Source of the DNA: an uncultured Candidatus Saccharibacteria bacterium
Lineage (GTDB): Bacteria > Patescibacteriota > Minisyncoccia > Minisyncoccales > JANBVM01
Direction: 5' to 3'
Length of the DNA stretch: 64,000 nucleotides
Assembly: GCA_964493485.1 (NCBI GenBank)
Contig: CAZBMQ010000003.1
Coordinates: forward strand, 8,468 to 72,467
The position numbers and the translations under genes were made by a program. Below the pieces are notes generated by a model that was not told the DNA's origin, did no database searches, and was given only the letters and a program-made list of their open reading frames with translations. Numbering within the stretch: position 1 is the stretch's first letter; each line of letters opens with the position of its first letter. Of this stretch, positions 8,203-17,520 are shown piece after piece.

Positions 8203-9891
8203 ATGGCAAAACAATCAAAACACCAAAGCCTCCGCATTATCCCACTGGGAGGACTGGGAGAAGTGGGGCGCAATATGACCCTGTTAGAACACGAAAAAAA
8301 GATTTTAATTATTGATATGGGATTAAGAATGCCAGAAGAAAACATGCCCGGAATTGATTTTATCATCCCAAATATAGAATATCTCAAGAAAAGAAAGAAA
8401 GATATCTTAGGGGTTGTGTTTACCCATGGTCATTATGACCATATCGGAGCCATTCCTTATTTAATTGAAAAGATATACAAAAAGAATCTGAAGTTTTTTG
8501 CCAGCCCTCTTACGAAAGGAATAATTTTGAAAAGACAAGAAGATTTCCCGGGGCAGCCCAGATTAAAGATTAACGAAGTAAAAGAGGGGTCAAAGATACA
8601 ATTGGGGGTATTTAAGATTGAATTCTTTAAACAAAATCACAACATTCCAGATAATTTGGGATTGTTTATCGAAACCCCTGTGGGGAATATCCTGCATACA
8701 TCAGACTTTAAGTTTGACCGAAATCCAGTCAATGATACTCCAACTAATTTTAGAAAGTTAAGAAGTATCGGAAAAAGGAATATCCTTTTAATGATGTCTG
8801 ATTCCACTGACGCAGAAGAAGAAGGCCATTCTTTGTCTGAAAAAGAAATCTCAAAAAATCTAGAAGAAATCTTCAAAAAAGCTCGCGGCAGAGTTATTGC
8901 GGCCACTTTTGCTTCTCTTATAAACAGAATCCAACAGATTATCACTATTTCAGAAAAATATAAAAGAAAGGTATGTATTGAAGGCTATTCAATGAAGACT
9001 AATGTGGAAATATCCAAAGCTTTAGGGTATATCAAGGCAAAAAGAGAAACATTTATAAAGGCAAAAGATATAAAAAATTACCCGGAATCCCAAATAACAA
9101 TTTTGTGTACAGGAGCCCAAGGGGAAGCAGAAGCCGCTCTAATGAGAATTACCAATAAAGAACACAAGTTCATAAGAATAGCAAAAAAAGATACCGTTAT
9201 CTTTTCCTCTTCAGTTATTCCAGGAAACGAAAGAACTGTCCAAATTATGAAAGATGAAATTTTGCGACAAGGGGCTAAGGTATATCACTACAAAATGATG
9301 GATATCCATGCCGGGGGTCATGCGAAACAAGAAGAACTAAAGAAAATGATAGAAATAATGAGACCGAGGTTTTTGTTTCCAAACCACGGGCAACACTCAA
9401 TGCTGTTCGCGCATGCTGAGTTAGCAAAAGAAATGGGCATGCCTGAAAAAAATATCATTATTGCTGAAAACGGAGAGGTTATCACCTTAACGCCAAAGAG
9501 ATTTTTTATTGAAAAAAACAAGGTTCCTTCAAATTATGTTATGGTAGACGGTTTAGGCGTGGGAGATGTGGGCGAAGTAGTCTTAAGAGACAGACAGATG
9601 CTGGCAAAGGACGGAATGTTTGTAATCATTGTCGTGGTTGATAAACAAACAGGCAGGGTTATTGGTTCTCCTGATATTATATCAAGGGGGTTTGTCTATT
9701 TAAGAGAATCAAAGGAATTATTGAAAGATACAAGAAAAAAGACAATTGCTATTGTACATAAAGCCACTGGAAGCGGCGGAGCTGTGAACTGGGTTTATGT
9801 AAAAGACGAGATCAAGAACAAAATAGGTAAATTCCTATTTTCAAAAACCCAGCGCCGACCTATGATTCTTCCTGTGGTAATAGAAGTATAA
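8203..9891 (+). CDS. rnj: Ribonuclease J (metallo-beta-lactamase/beta-CASP RNase)
   Basis: LRIIPLGGLGEVGRNMT; metallo-beta-lactamase motif HGHYDHIGAIPYL; beta-CASP region; 562 aa. Confidence 0.9.
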   Translation: MAKQSKHQSLRIIPLGGLGEVGRNMTLLEHEKKILIIDMGLRMPEENMPGIDFIIPNIEYLKKRKKDILGVVFTHGHYDHIGAIPYLIEKIYKKNLKFFASPLTKGIILKRQEDFPGQPRLKINEVKEGSKIQLGVFKIEFFKQNHNIPDNLGLFIETPVGNILHTSDFKFDRNPVNDTPTNFRKLRSIGKRNILLMMSDSTDAEEEGHSLSEKEISKNLEEIFKKARGRVIAATFASLINRIQQIITISEKYKRKVCIEGYSMKTNVEISKALGYIKAKRETFIKAKDIKNYPESQITILCTGAQGEAEAALMRITNKEHKFIRIAKKDTVIFSSSVIPGNERTVQIMKDEILRQGAKVYHYKMMDIHAGGHAKQEELKKMIEIMRPRFLFPNHGQHSMLFAHAELAKEMGMPEKNIIIAENGEVITLTPKRFFIEKNKVPSNYVMVDGLGVGDVGEVVLRDRQMLAKDGMFVIIVVVDKQTGRVIGSPDIISRGFVYLRESKELLKDTRKKTIAIVHKATGSGGAVNWVYVKDEIKNKIGKFLFSKTQRRPMILPVVIEV

Positions 9892-10109
9892 AGCAAAACC
9901 TTAAGCTTTAAATTTCAAACTCTTTATCTTGACATATATTTTTAACTAATATATTCTTAAAAACGGTATGACAGATATGTATTGTTTGAATAATAAGAAA
10001 AAAACTAAACCAGAAAATCAGAACTGGTGGGTTTTGCATTCTTATTCCTGCAAAGCCCGGTTTTGGGTTGTTTATGAATAAATAAATAAAACTAATAGAT
10101 AAACAAGAA

Positions 10110-10146
10110 ATCCTCTCCTGGCTTTGCAGGAGAGGATTTTTGTTTT
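10110..10146 (+). terminator. Strong rho-independent terminator hairpin (11-bp stem atcctctcctg/caggagaggat, loop gctttg, then TTTTTGTTTT)
   Basis: Read directly from the sequence. Sits ~220 nt after the rnj stop and ~55 nt before the trpB2 ATG. Confidence 0.55.
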
Positions 10147-10198
10147 ATTACAAAGGTCGAAAAAGGTCGAAATAAAATCAGATAAATATTTAACAAAT

Positions 10199-11566
10199 AT
10201 GAAAAACACAAAAATCATTCTTGAAGAAAATAAAATCCCAAAACAGTGGTATAACATCCTGGCTGACCTGCCCTTTAAGATGCCTCCTGTTATCAATCCT
10301 GCTACCAAAAAGCCAGTTAAGCCTGAAGATTTGCTGCCTATTTTCCCAGAAGCCTTAGTGCAACAAGAAATGACAACAGAAAGATATATAGATATCCCAG
10401 AAGAGGTATTAGAGGTATATAAAATATGGAGACCTACCCCATTATATCGGGCTTACCGGTTAGAAAAAGCTCTGAATACGCCAGCTAAAATCTATTATAA
10501 GTGGGAGGGTGTAAGTCCACCGGGCAGTCATAAACCAAATACTGCTGTAGCCCAAGCCTATTACAACAAAAAAGAAGGTATCAAAAGGCTCACTACTGAA
10601 ACAGGGGCAGGGCAATGGGGAAGCGCGCTTGCCTTTGGTTGTCAAACCTTTGGTCTTGAATGCAAGGTTTATATGGTAAAAATCAGTTATGAGCAAAAGC
10701 CGTACCGAAAGATATTAATGAAGACATGGGGGGCTGAGGTTGTTCCAAGTCCCAGCACGGAGACAAAGGCTGGAAGAGAAGTTCTTGCAAAGAATCCTGA
10801 TTCTCCGGGTTCTTTAGGAATAGCAATAAGCGAAGCAATTGAAGATGCAGTCACCCACAAAGATACAAAATACTCCTTAGGAAGCGTATTGAACCATGTG
10901 CTTTTGCATCAAACCATTGTCGGGCAAGAAACCAAAAAACAATTAGAAATCGTTAATGAATACCCAGACATCTTGATAGGGTGCGTTGGAGGAGGAAGCA
11001 ATTTTGCAGGACTCTTCTTGCCTTTTGTAAAAGATAAGCTTCAAGGCAAGAAACCCAATCTAAGAATAGTATGTGCTGAATCTACTGCCTGTCCAAGTCT
11101 CACAAAAGGGCTTTACAGATATGACTTTGGAGATACTGCCTGCACTACTCCCCTATTGAAAATGTACACATTGGGACATGGGTTTATTCCAGCCCCTATA
11201 CACGCTGGAGGACTTCGTTATCACGGAATGGCTCCAATTGTGTGTGCTCTTTATGATAGAAAAATTATTGAAGCTGTAGCATACCACCAAAATGAAGTGT
11301 TTAAAGCGGCTATTCAGTTTGCTAAAGCAGAGGGTTTTATTCCTGCACCAGAATCAGCACATGCAATAAAAGCTGTAATAGATGAAGCAGAAAAGTGTAA
11401 AAAGACAGGGGAACCAAAAGTAATTGTATTCAGCTTTAGCGGACATGGACATTTCGACCTTAAGGCTTATGAGAGTTATCTTGAAGGTCGCCTCAAAGAC
11501 TACGAATATCCAGAAGAAAAAGTAAGAGAAGCTTTAAAATATCTTCCTGTAATAAACAACCAATAG
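10199..11566 (+). CDS. trpB: TrpB2-type tryptophan synthase beta-like PLP enzyme (stand-alone)
   Basis: Long TrpB2-type N-terminus ([14 protein letters not shown]). PLP-lysine region ([21 protein letters not shown]), [23 protein letters not shown]. About 455 aa from the ATG at 10199. The ORF-track TTG start at 10124 lies inside the terminator hairpin. Confidence 0.8.
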   Translation: MKNTKIILEENKIPKQWYNILADLPFKMPPVINPATKKPVKPEDLLPIFPEALVQQEMTTERYIDIPEEVLEVYKIWRPTPLYRAYRLEKALNTPAKIYYKWEGVSPPGSHKPNTAVAQAYYNKKEGIKRLTTETGAGQWGSALAFGCQTFGLECKVYMVKISYEQKPYRKILMKTWGAEVVPSPSTETKAGREVLAKNPDSPGSLGIAISEAIEDAVTHKDTKYSLGSVLNHVLLHQTIVGQETKKQLEIVNEYPDILIGCVGGGSNFAGLFLPFVKDKLQGKKPNLRIVCAESTACPSLTKGLYRYDFGDTACTTPLLKMYTLGHGFIPAPIHAGGLRYHGMAPIVCALYDRKIIEAVAYHQNEVFKAAIQFAKAEGFIPAPESAHAIKAVIDEAEKCKKTGEPKVIVFSFSGHGHFDLKAYESYLEGRLKDYEYPEEKVREALKYLPVINNQ

Positions 11567-11584
11567 GCAAATAGGAGAATGGGT

Positions 11585-11614
11585 GGCTAGAGAAAATCTA
11601 GCCATCCTTCTTCT
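11585..11614 (+). terminator. Putative terminator hairpin GGCTAGA-gaaaa-TCTAGCC followed by a T-rich tail
   Basis: Inverted repeat read from the sequence just after the trpB2 stop. Confidence 0.35.
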
Positions 11615-11673
11615 GGATATAGACTTATAAAGGTCTAAATGATATTATTAAAAAATAATTTCTCTAAAAAACT

Positions 11674-12648
11674 ATGAGAATCTTTAGCGGCATAAGACCC
11701 ACAGGAGAACTTCATATTGGAAATTATTTGGGCGCTATTAAACAATGGATTGAACTGCAGGAAAAGAATGAATGTATTTTTTGTATTGTTGACCTACATG
11801 CTATCACTACTCCTTATGAAAAAGAAAATCTACAAAAAAATATTTTAGAGATAGCTGTAGAATATCTATCTGCTGGTTTAAATCCTGAAAAAACCATTAT
11901 CTTTGTCCAATCACAAGTAAAAGAACATGCTGAACTTGCTTGGCTTTTAGGCAGTATCACCCCTCTCGGAGAATTGAAAAGAATGACTCAATTCAAAGAA
12001 AAAGCAAAAAAGCATCCAGAATACATTAATGCCGGGCTATTAAACTATCCTGTATTAATGGCGGCTGACATATTGCTGTATCAAACAGAAGCAGTACCTG
12101 TAGGAAAGGACCAACAACAGCATGTGGAGTTAACCAGAACTATTGCAAAGAGATTTAATCAAAAGTTTGGAAAAACATTTAAGATTCCCAAAACCCTTCT
12201 GCCAAAAACAGGTGCTAAGATTATGTGTCTGCAAAATCCAAAGAAAAAAATGTCAAAAACCGGCAATCCAAAAGGATGTATCAATCTCTCCGATGAACCA
12301 GAGATAATCAGGAAAAAAGTGATGTCTGCTGTTACAGATACTGGAAAAGAAATCCGCTATAATCCTCAAAAGAAACCAGGAATTTCAAACCTCCTAACTA
12401 TTTATTCCTTATTTTCGGGAAAACCAATAAAACTGCTGGAAAAAGAATTCAAAAATAAAGGTTATGCAAACTTCAAAAAATCCTTAGCAGAGTTATTGAT
12501 AGAATCTTTAAAGCCTTTAAGAGAGAAAAGAAAAGAACTTCTCATGAGAGAAGTATATGTTGAAGAAATCTTAAAACAAGGAAAAAGAAAAGCTCAACTT
12601 ATTGCCCAATCCACCATGCAGAAAGTCAAAAAAAGGATGGGGCTTTGA
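11674..12648 (+). CDS. trpS: Tryptophanyl-tRNA synthetase
   Basis: MRIFSGIRPTGELHIGNYLGAI (HIGH motif) and KMSKTGNP (KMSKS motif); 324 aa. Confidence 0.9.
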   Translation: MRIFSGIRPTGELHIGNYLGAIKQWIELQEKNECIFCIVDLHAITTPYEKENLQKNILEIAVEYLSAGLNPEKTIIFVQSQVKEHAELAWLLGSITPLGELKRMTQFKEKAKKHPEYINAGLLNYPVLMAADILLYQTEAVPVGKDQQQHVELTRTIAKRFNQKFGKTFKIPKTLLPKTGAKIMCLQNPKKKMSKTGNPKGCINLSDEPEIIRKKVMSAVTDTGKEIRYNPQKKPGISNLLTIYSLFSGKPIKLLEKEFKNKGYANFKKSLAELLIESLKPLREKRKELLMREVYVEEILKQGKRKAQLIAQSTMQKVKKRMGL

Positions 12649-12656
12649 TTTGATTA

Positions 12657-14024
12657 TTATTTATCACTCTTTTCTATTAAAGAAAGCAGTCTCTTTTTAT
12701 GTTTTTCTAATAGGTTTTTGGTTTTTGCTTCTAGGACCAATCTAACAAGGGGTTCTGTATTCGATGGACGCAGATTAAACCACCAATCTTTAAAACTAAT
12801 CTTTATCCCATCAATCTTAGAAATTTCCCCCTTTCTACCAAACTCTTTCTCTAAAACCGCTAAGACTTTCTTTTTGTCTTTTACTTTAAAGTTTATTTCT
12901 CCTGAATGAAAATATTTTTGGAACGACTTTATTAGTTGAGAAAGAGGTTTATGAGCTTTTGACATCTCTTTAAGAATTAAAAACAAAACATAAAAAGGAC
13001 ACTCACAAAAATAATGTTCTCTTGAATAATAGTGGCCTGAAAACTCTCCGGCAAAGAGAATATTCTCTCTTCTCATTCTTTCTTTTATAAAAGAATGGCC
13101 TATTCTGTTTGCTAAGGGGATACCTCTATTTTTCTCTATGGTCTCTTTTACTATATTGCTTGAACGAACATCGTATATTACCTTCTCTTTAGGTCTTCCT
13201 CTCAAAAGTATATCTGAAACCAATGCTGTTATAATATCTCCTGATACAATCTTTGCTTTTTCAGTAAGAAAAACAATTCTATCTCCATCTCCATCAAAAG
13301 CCACACCTAGGTCTCCTTTTCGTCTTATAAGTTCTTTTTTTAAAAATCTCAGGTTTTCCTTTTTTAAAGGGTCTGGATTATGGTTTGGGAAAGTGCCATC
13401 GAGTTCTTTAAATAGATGAAATATTTTAAATGGGAATTTTTTAAAAATAGATGGGATTATTATCCCAGAAACACTATTTGCTGTATCTATTACTATCCTA
13501 AGCGAAGAAAATGCTCTGGTATCAATTCCCTTTAAATTAAATCTGACATAGTCTTGCAGTACCTTCTTTTTTATTATTCTGCCTTTTTTAGACGCTCTAA
13601 GTTCTTTCTCAAAGACAAATTTTTCTATCTTTTTCAGTCCTGTCTTACCGCTGATTGGAATTGCGTTTTCTCTTACCAATTTAAACCCATTATATTCAGG
13701 AGGATTATGAGAACTAGTAATCATTATTCCTCCGTCAAACCCATAAAAGGCGACTGCAAAATAAAACATTGGTGTGGTTGAGAGCCCAATATTCACTACA
13801 TCAGATCCAGCTTGAGTGATTCCTTTGCTTAGGTGCTTAAAGAGAGCTGGAGAAGAAATACGATTATCCTGCCCTACCACAATCTTGAATTTTGATTTTT
13901 TTTGCTTTTCTTTTAAAAATTTAATGAATCCCTGTCCTACCTTAAAAGCCATTTCTTCATTTACTTCATCTGGATATAAACCTCTAATGTCGTATGCCTT
14001 AAAGATGTTTGATTTCTTTTCCAT
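12657..14024 (-). CDS. Phosphoglucomutase/phosphomannomutase
   Basis: AYDIRGLYPDEVN; active-site loop TSSHNPPEYNGFK; metal-binding FDGDGDR. Confidence 0.85.
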   Translation of the reverse strand: MEKKSNIFKAYDIRGLYPDEVNEEMAFKVGQGFIKFLKEKQKKSKFKIVVGQDNRISSPALFKHLSKGITQAGSDVVNIGLSTTPMFYFAVAFYGFDGGIMITSSHNPPEYNGFKLVRENAIPISGKTGLKKIEKFVFEKELRASKKGRIIKKKVLQDYVRFNLKGIDTRAFSSLRIVIDTANSVSGIIIPSIFKKFPFKIFHLFKELDGTFPNHNPDPLKKENLRFLKKELIRRKGDLGVAFDGDGDRIVFLTEKAKIVSGDIITALVSDILLRGRPKEKVIYDVRSSNIVKETIEKNRGIPLANRIGHSFIKERMRRENILFAGEFSGHYYSREHYFCECPFYVLFLILKEMSKAHKPLSQLIKSFQKYFHSGEINFKVKDKKKVLAVLEKEFGRKGEISKIDGIKISFKDWWFNLRPSNTEPLVRLVLEAKTKNLLEKHKKRLLSLIEKSDK

Positions 14025-14107
14025 ATAGTTTTATTCTACCAAACTATAAAAAACCAGCCAAATTAACAATAATTGACATTAAACCCCTAAAAGGTTATCA
14101 TATCCTT

Positions 14108-15136
14108 ATGAGTTTTTCAGTAGGTATTGTAGGATTGCCGAATGTAGGCAAATCCACTTTATTTAAAGCACTAACAAAAAAAGAGGTTGCTATAGAACCT
14201 CGTCCTTTTACAACCATAAATCCAAACTTTGGAGTGGTTTCTGTTCCAAACGAAAGACTGAATAAGCTGGCTGAAATAATCAAGCCTGAAAAAACAACAC
14301 CTACTATAATAGAATTTATAGATATTGCAGGCCTGGTAAAAGGAGCTCACAAGGGAGAAGGATTAGGAAATCAATTCTTAGCCCAGATAAGAAACTGCGA
14401 TGCAATATTAGAGGTAGTGAGAATCTTTAAAAACCCAGGGGTTGAGAATGTATTGGGAGAGATTAATCCTAAAAAAGAAATTGAGGTGGTAAAAACTGAG
14501 TTGTTAATGAAAGACCTGGAAACCTTAGAAAAAATAATATCAAAATTAGAAAAAAAGAGAGAGAGAAAAGATATAAAAAAAATTGAAATATTAAAAAGAA
14601 TTAAAGAAGAGGTCTCTCAAGGCAAACTCATTTCAGAGATAGATTTAACAGAAGAAGAAAAAACAGAGATTAAAGAATATCAAACATTAACAGAAAAACC
14701 CATTCTTTATGTCTTAAACACTGATAATGATATAAAACCTCTTGATCTTCAAGCAAGGTACCTGGTTATGAATCTAAAAGAAGAAAATGAAATCTTAGAA
14801 CTTTCAGAAGCAGATAGAAAAGAATTGGGTTTAGAATCCCATCTTGGCAAATTAATCTTATCCTGCTATGATATTTTAAATCTTATCACTTTCTTTACAG
14901 TGGCCGGGGGCAAGGAAGTAAGGGCTTGGACAATTGAAAAGGGCTCTAAAGCGCCTGAGGCAGGCGGAGCTGTGCACACGGATTTTAAAGAAAAATTCAT
15001 CAGGGCAGAGGTTATCAATTGGCAAGATCTGGTTTCAGCTGGCTCCTGGTCAAAAGCAAGAGAAAAAGGCTGGGTAAAAGTAGCAGGAAAAGACTATATC
15101 GTGCAAGATGGAGATGTAATTGAATTTAAGATATAG
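14108..15136 (+). CDS. ychF: Obg-family GTPase/ATPase YchF
   Basis: MSFSVGIVGLPNVGKSTLFKALT (G1 motif), DIAGLVKGAHKGEGLGNQFL, C-terminal TGS domain (GDVIEFKI). The ATG at 14108 is preferred over the extended ORF-track start. Confidence 0.9.
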   Translation: MSFSVGIVGLPNVGKSTLFKALTKKEVAIEPRPFTTINPNFGVVSVPNERLNKLAEIIKPEKTTPTIIEFIDIAGLVKGAHKGEGLGNQFLAQIRNCDAILEVVRIFKNPGVENVLGEINPKKEIEVVKTELLMKDLETLEKIISKLEKKRERKDIKKIEILKRIKEEVSQGKLISEIDLTEEEKTEIKEYQTLTEKPILYVLNTDNDIKPLDLQARYLVMNLKEENEILELSEADRKELGLESHLGKLILSCYDILNLITFFTVAGGKEVRAWTIEKGSKAPEAGGAVHTDFKEKFIRAEVINWQDLVSAGSWSKAREKGWVKVAGKDYIVQDGDVIEFKI

Positions 15137-15213
15137 TTAATTATTACGAATTGAAGTGCTAGTTTATGCTATTAGGTTAGCCTAAATCTGCACCAAATTC
15201 GTACTCTATTCCC

Positions 15214-15603
15214 ATGAATTTTTATGAATTTACATATCTAATAGATCCTGAACTCTCAAAAACAGAAATAACTTCTTTGCAAGATAAAATAAAATCTTTG
15301 ATACAAGAAGAAGGAGGAACAGTCAAAAGCACTGGTCATCCTAGTAAAAGAATTTTGGCATATCCAATCAAAAAAAAGAGAGAGGCTTTCTTGGCTGATT
15401 TAAGTTTTGTTCTTGAACCAGAAAAATTGAAAAATATTAAAAAGAAGTTAAAAGCAGAAAAACAAATCCTTAGGTTTTTACTTTTAAAAAAGCAACCTCC
15501 AAAAGAACCAAAGGTTGCGAGAAAACCAAGAATAAAAACAAAAACAAAGGTCGAGCTAAAAGAAATTGAAAAAAAGCTTGAAGAAATCTTGGGAGCTGAT
15601 TAG
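15214..15603 (+). CDS. rpsF: 30S ribosomal protein S6
   Basis: MNFYEFTYLIDPELS N-terminus typical of S6; lies in a conserved rpsF-ssb-rpsR arrangement; basic, lysine-rich C-terminal tail. Confidence 0.75.
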   Translation: MNFYEFTYLIDPELSKTEITSLQDKIKSLIQEEGGTVKSTGHPSKRILAYPIKKKREAFLADLSFVLEPEKLKNIKKKLKAEKQILRFLLLKKQPPKEPKVARKPRIKTKTKVELKEIEKKLEEILGAD

Positions 15604-15610
15604 CTCATTG

Positions 15611-15662
15611 GCTTATTAGGTTTGATATTAAATGATTAATTTTAATTAATAACCTAATAGGC
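15611..15662 (+). promoter_or_regulatory. 12-bp stem (gcttattaggtt / aacctaatag gc) enclosing a 28-nt AT-rich loop between rpsF and ssb; possible processing or regulatory structure
   Basis: Inverted repeat read from the sequence. No U-tract on either strand, so probably not a terminator. A related ctattaggtt motif sits in the rpsF leader (15168-15187). Confidence 0.3.
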
Positions 15663-15669
15663 TAAAAAT

Positions 15670-16131
15670 ATGAACCTAAACAAAGTATTTTTAATCGGAA
15701 GGTTGACTAGGGACCCGGAAATGAGAATGCTTCCTTCTGGACAGGCGGTAGCTAATTTTGGACTAGCTACAAGCAGATATTTTACTGATAAATCAGGACA
15801 GAAACAGCAGGAAACAGAATTTCATAATATTGTGTTGTTTGGAAGACTGGCTGAAATTGCTTCTCAATATCTGAGAAAAGGCTCGTTGGCTTTTGTGGAG
15901 GGGAGAATCAGAACCAGAAATTGGGAAGATTCCTCGGGAACAAAAAAATACAGAACAGAAATTATTGTTGAAAGATTGCAATTAGGTCCTAAATTAGCTG
16001 AAAAAGTTATACCTCCTATTCCAGAAGAAACTACAACCCAACAGCCAGCCGCTGAAAAAACCCAAGTATCTGAAGAAGAAATACCTATAATTGAAGAGGA
16101 AGAAATAAATGTTGAGGATATACCATTTTAA
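15670..16131 (+). CDS. ssb: Single-stranded DNA-binding protein
   Basis: MNLNKVFLIGRLTRDPEMR...EFHNIVLFGRLAE...AFVEGRIRTRNWED OB-fold, acidic tail ending DIPF. Confidence 0.9.
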   Translation: MNLNKVFLIGRLTRDPEMRMLPSGQAVANFGLATSRYFTDKSGQKQQETEFHNIVLFGRLAEIASQYLRKGSLAFVEGRIRTRNWEDSSGTKKYRTEIIVERLQLGPKLAEKVIPPIPEETTTQQPAAEKTQVSEEEIPIIEEEEINVEDIPF

Positions 16132-16263
16132 CCTCTTTAACCTCGCTTCGTGAGGAAACTCTAAATCCGAAATCCTAAACTCTAAACTTTATGGAAACTA
16201 TTTATCTGTGGTTCAGAATTTACAAGTTAGGATTTAAGATTTTCCCTGCGAAGTAGTGACATC

Positions 16264-16461
16264 ATGGCTTGTTATTTTTGTCAAAGAAATATCAAGGAGA
16301 TTGATTTTAAGAATGTAGAACTTCTAAGGAAGTTTATTTCTGGTTTAGCAAAAATCAGACCAAAAAAAAGAACTGGGGTCTGTGCCAGTCATCAAAGAAA
16401 ATTAGCCAAAGCTATTAAGAGAGCTCGATTTTTAGGATTGCTTCCTTTTACTACAAAATAG
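16264..16461 (+). CDS. rpsR: 30S ribosomal protein S18
   Basis: CYFCQ...IDFKNVELLRKFIS...KIRPKKRTGVCASHQRKLAKAIKRARFLGLLPF. Confidence 0.9.
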   Translation: MACYFCQRNIKEIDFKNVELLRKFISGLAKIRPKKRTGVCASHQRKLAKAIKRARFLGLLPFTTK

Positions 16462-16488
16462 GTACAGCAAAAGAATAAAATCAAAAGG

Positions 16489-17499
16489 CTACATCACTTT
16501 ATTTTTGATGGCCTTTTTTATTCTTTCCAATACATCTTTATTTTCCTTTAAAAATTGTCTGCTCGCTTCCATGCCTTGCCCTAACTTTATGTCTTCAAAA
16601 AGATACCAGCTTCCAGAACGTTTTATTATCTCGTTTTTCAAAGCTGTGTTTAGAATGTCGCCGAAATAAGATATTCCTTCGTTGTAATAAATATCAAACT
16701 CGGCTGTCTTAAACGGGGGCGCTACCTTGTTCTTTACTACTTTAGCCATTACCCTATTCCCAATAATTTCATTGCCATGTTTTATTTGCGCTATTCTTTT
16801 CAAATGAATTCTCACAGAAGCATAAAATTTTAATGCTAATCCCCCAGGAGTGGTCTCTGGATTGCCAAAACGCTGGCCAATCTTCATCCGCGTTTGATTA
16901 ATAAAAATAACTATTGTTTTTGTCTTTGCTATAATACCAGAAAGTTTTCTTAAAGCTTGACTCATTAAACGAGCCTGAAGGCCAATTTGAAATTCCCCCA
17001 TTTCTCCTGCAATTTCAGCCTGAGGCACCAAGGCTGCTACAGAATCCACCACAATCACATCAATCTCTCCTGATTTTACTAATGTTTCTACGATTTGAAG
17101 AGCCTGTTCACCAGAATCAGGCTGAGAAATTAATAAATCATCAACATTCACACCGATTCTTTTTGCATAATCCGGATCTAAAGCGTGTTCTGCGTCTACA
17201 AAAGCACCTACTCCTTTCCTTTTTTGAGCTTCTGCTAAAATGTGGAGAGCAAGAGTGGTTTTTCCTGACATCTCCGGTCCATAAATTTCAATCACCCTCC
17301 CTCTTGGAACTCCTCCTACCCCTAAGGCTAAATCTAAAGAAATAGAACCTGTAGGGATAACCTCTACAGTAGAAGATTTGCTTTCTTTCAATCTCATAAT
17401 AGATCCTTCACCAAATCGCTGTTTAATTTCAGCTACTGCCTCTTCTAATTGCTTCTTTTCCTTATCGCTTGAAGCTTTTTTGGTTTTTTGTTTTGCCAT
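16489..17499 (-). CDS. recA: Recombinase RecA
   Basis: [18 protein letters not shown] (Walker A), L1/L2 regions, 336 aa. Confidence 0.95.
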   Translation of the reverse strand: MAKQKTKKASSDKEKKQLEEAVAEIKQRFGEGSIMRLKESKSSTVEVIPTGSISLDLALGVGGVPRGRVIEIYGPEMSGKTTLALHILAEAQKRKGVGAFVDAEHALDPDYAKRIGVNVDDLLISQPDSGEQALQIVETLVKSGEIDVIVVDSVAALVPQAEIAGEMGEFQIGLQARLMSQALRKLSGIIAKTKTIVIFINQTRMKIGQRFGNPETTPGGLALKFYASVRIHLKRIAQIKHGNEIIGNRVMAKVVKNKVAPPFKTAEFDIYYNEGISYFGDILNTALKNEIIKRSGSWYLFEDIKLGQGMEASRQFLKENKDVLERIKKAIKNKVM

Positions 17500-17520
17500 A
17501 TATTATATTTTAGACTATTT

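Noticed and set aside
9892-10110. Looked for a T-box riboswitch or other known structured RNA (SRP RNA, 6S) in the long rnj-trpB2 spacer
   Set aside because: No T-box core sequence and no SRP-RNA domain-IV motif were recognised by eye. Only the terminator hairpin is clear. The region is left as an uncharacterised leader.
10124-10198. ORF-track start (TTG at 10124) for the TrpB2 gene
   Set aside because: The extension begins inside the terminator hairpin and encodes a non-homologous peptide ([18 protein letters not shown]…). The in-frame ATG at 10199 yields a typical TrpB2 N-terminus.
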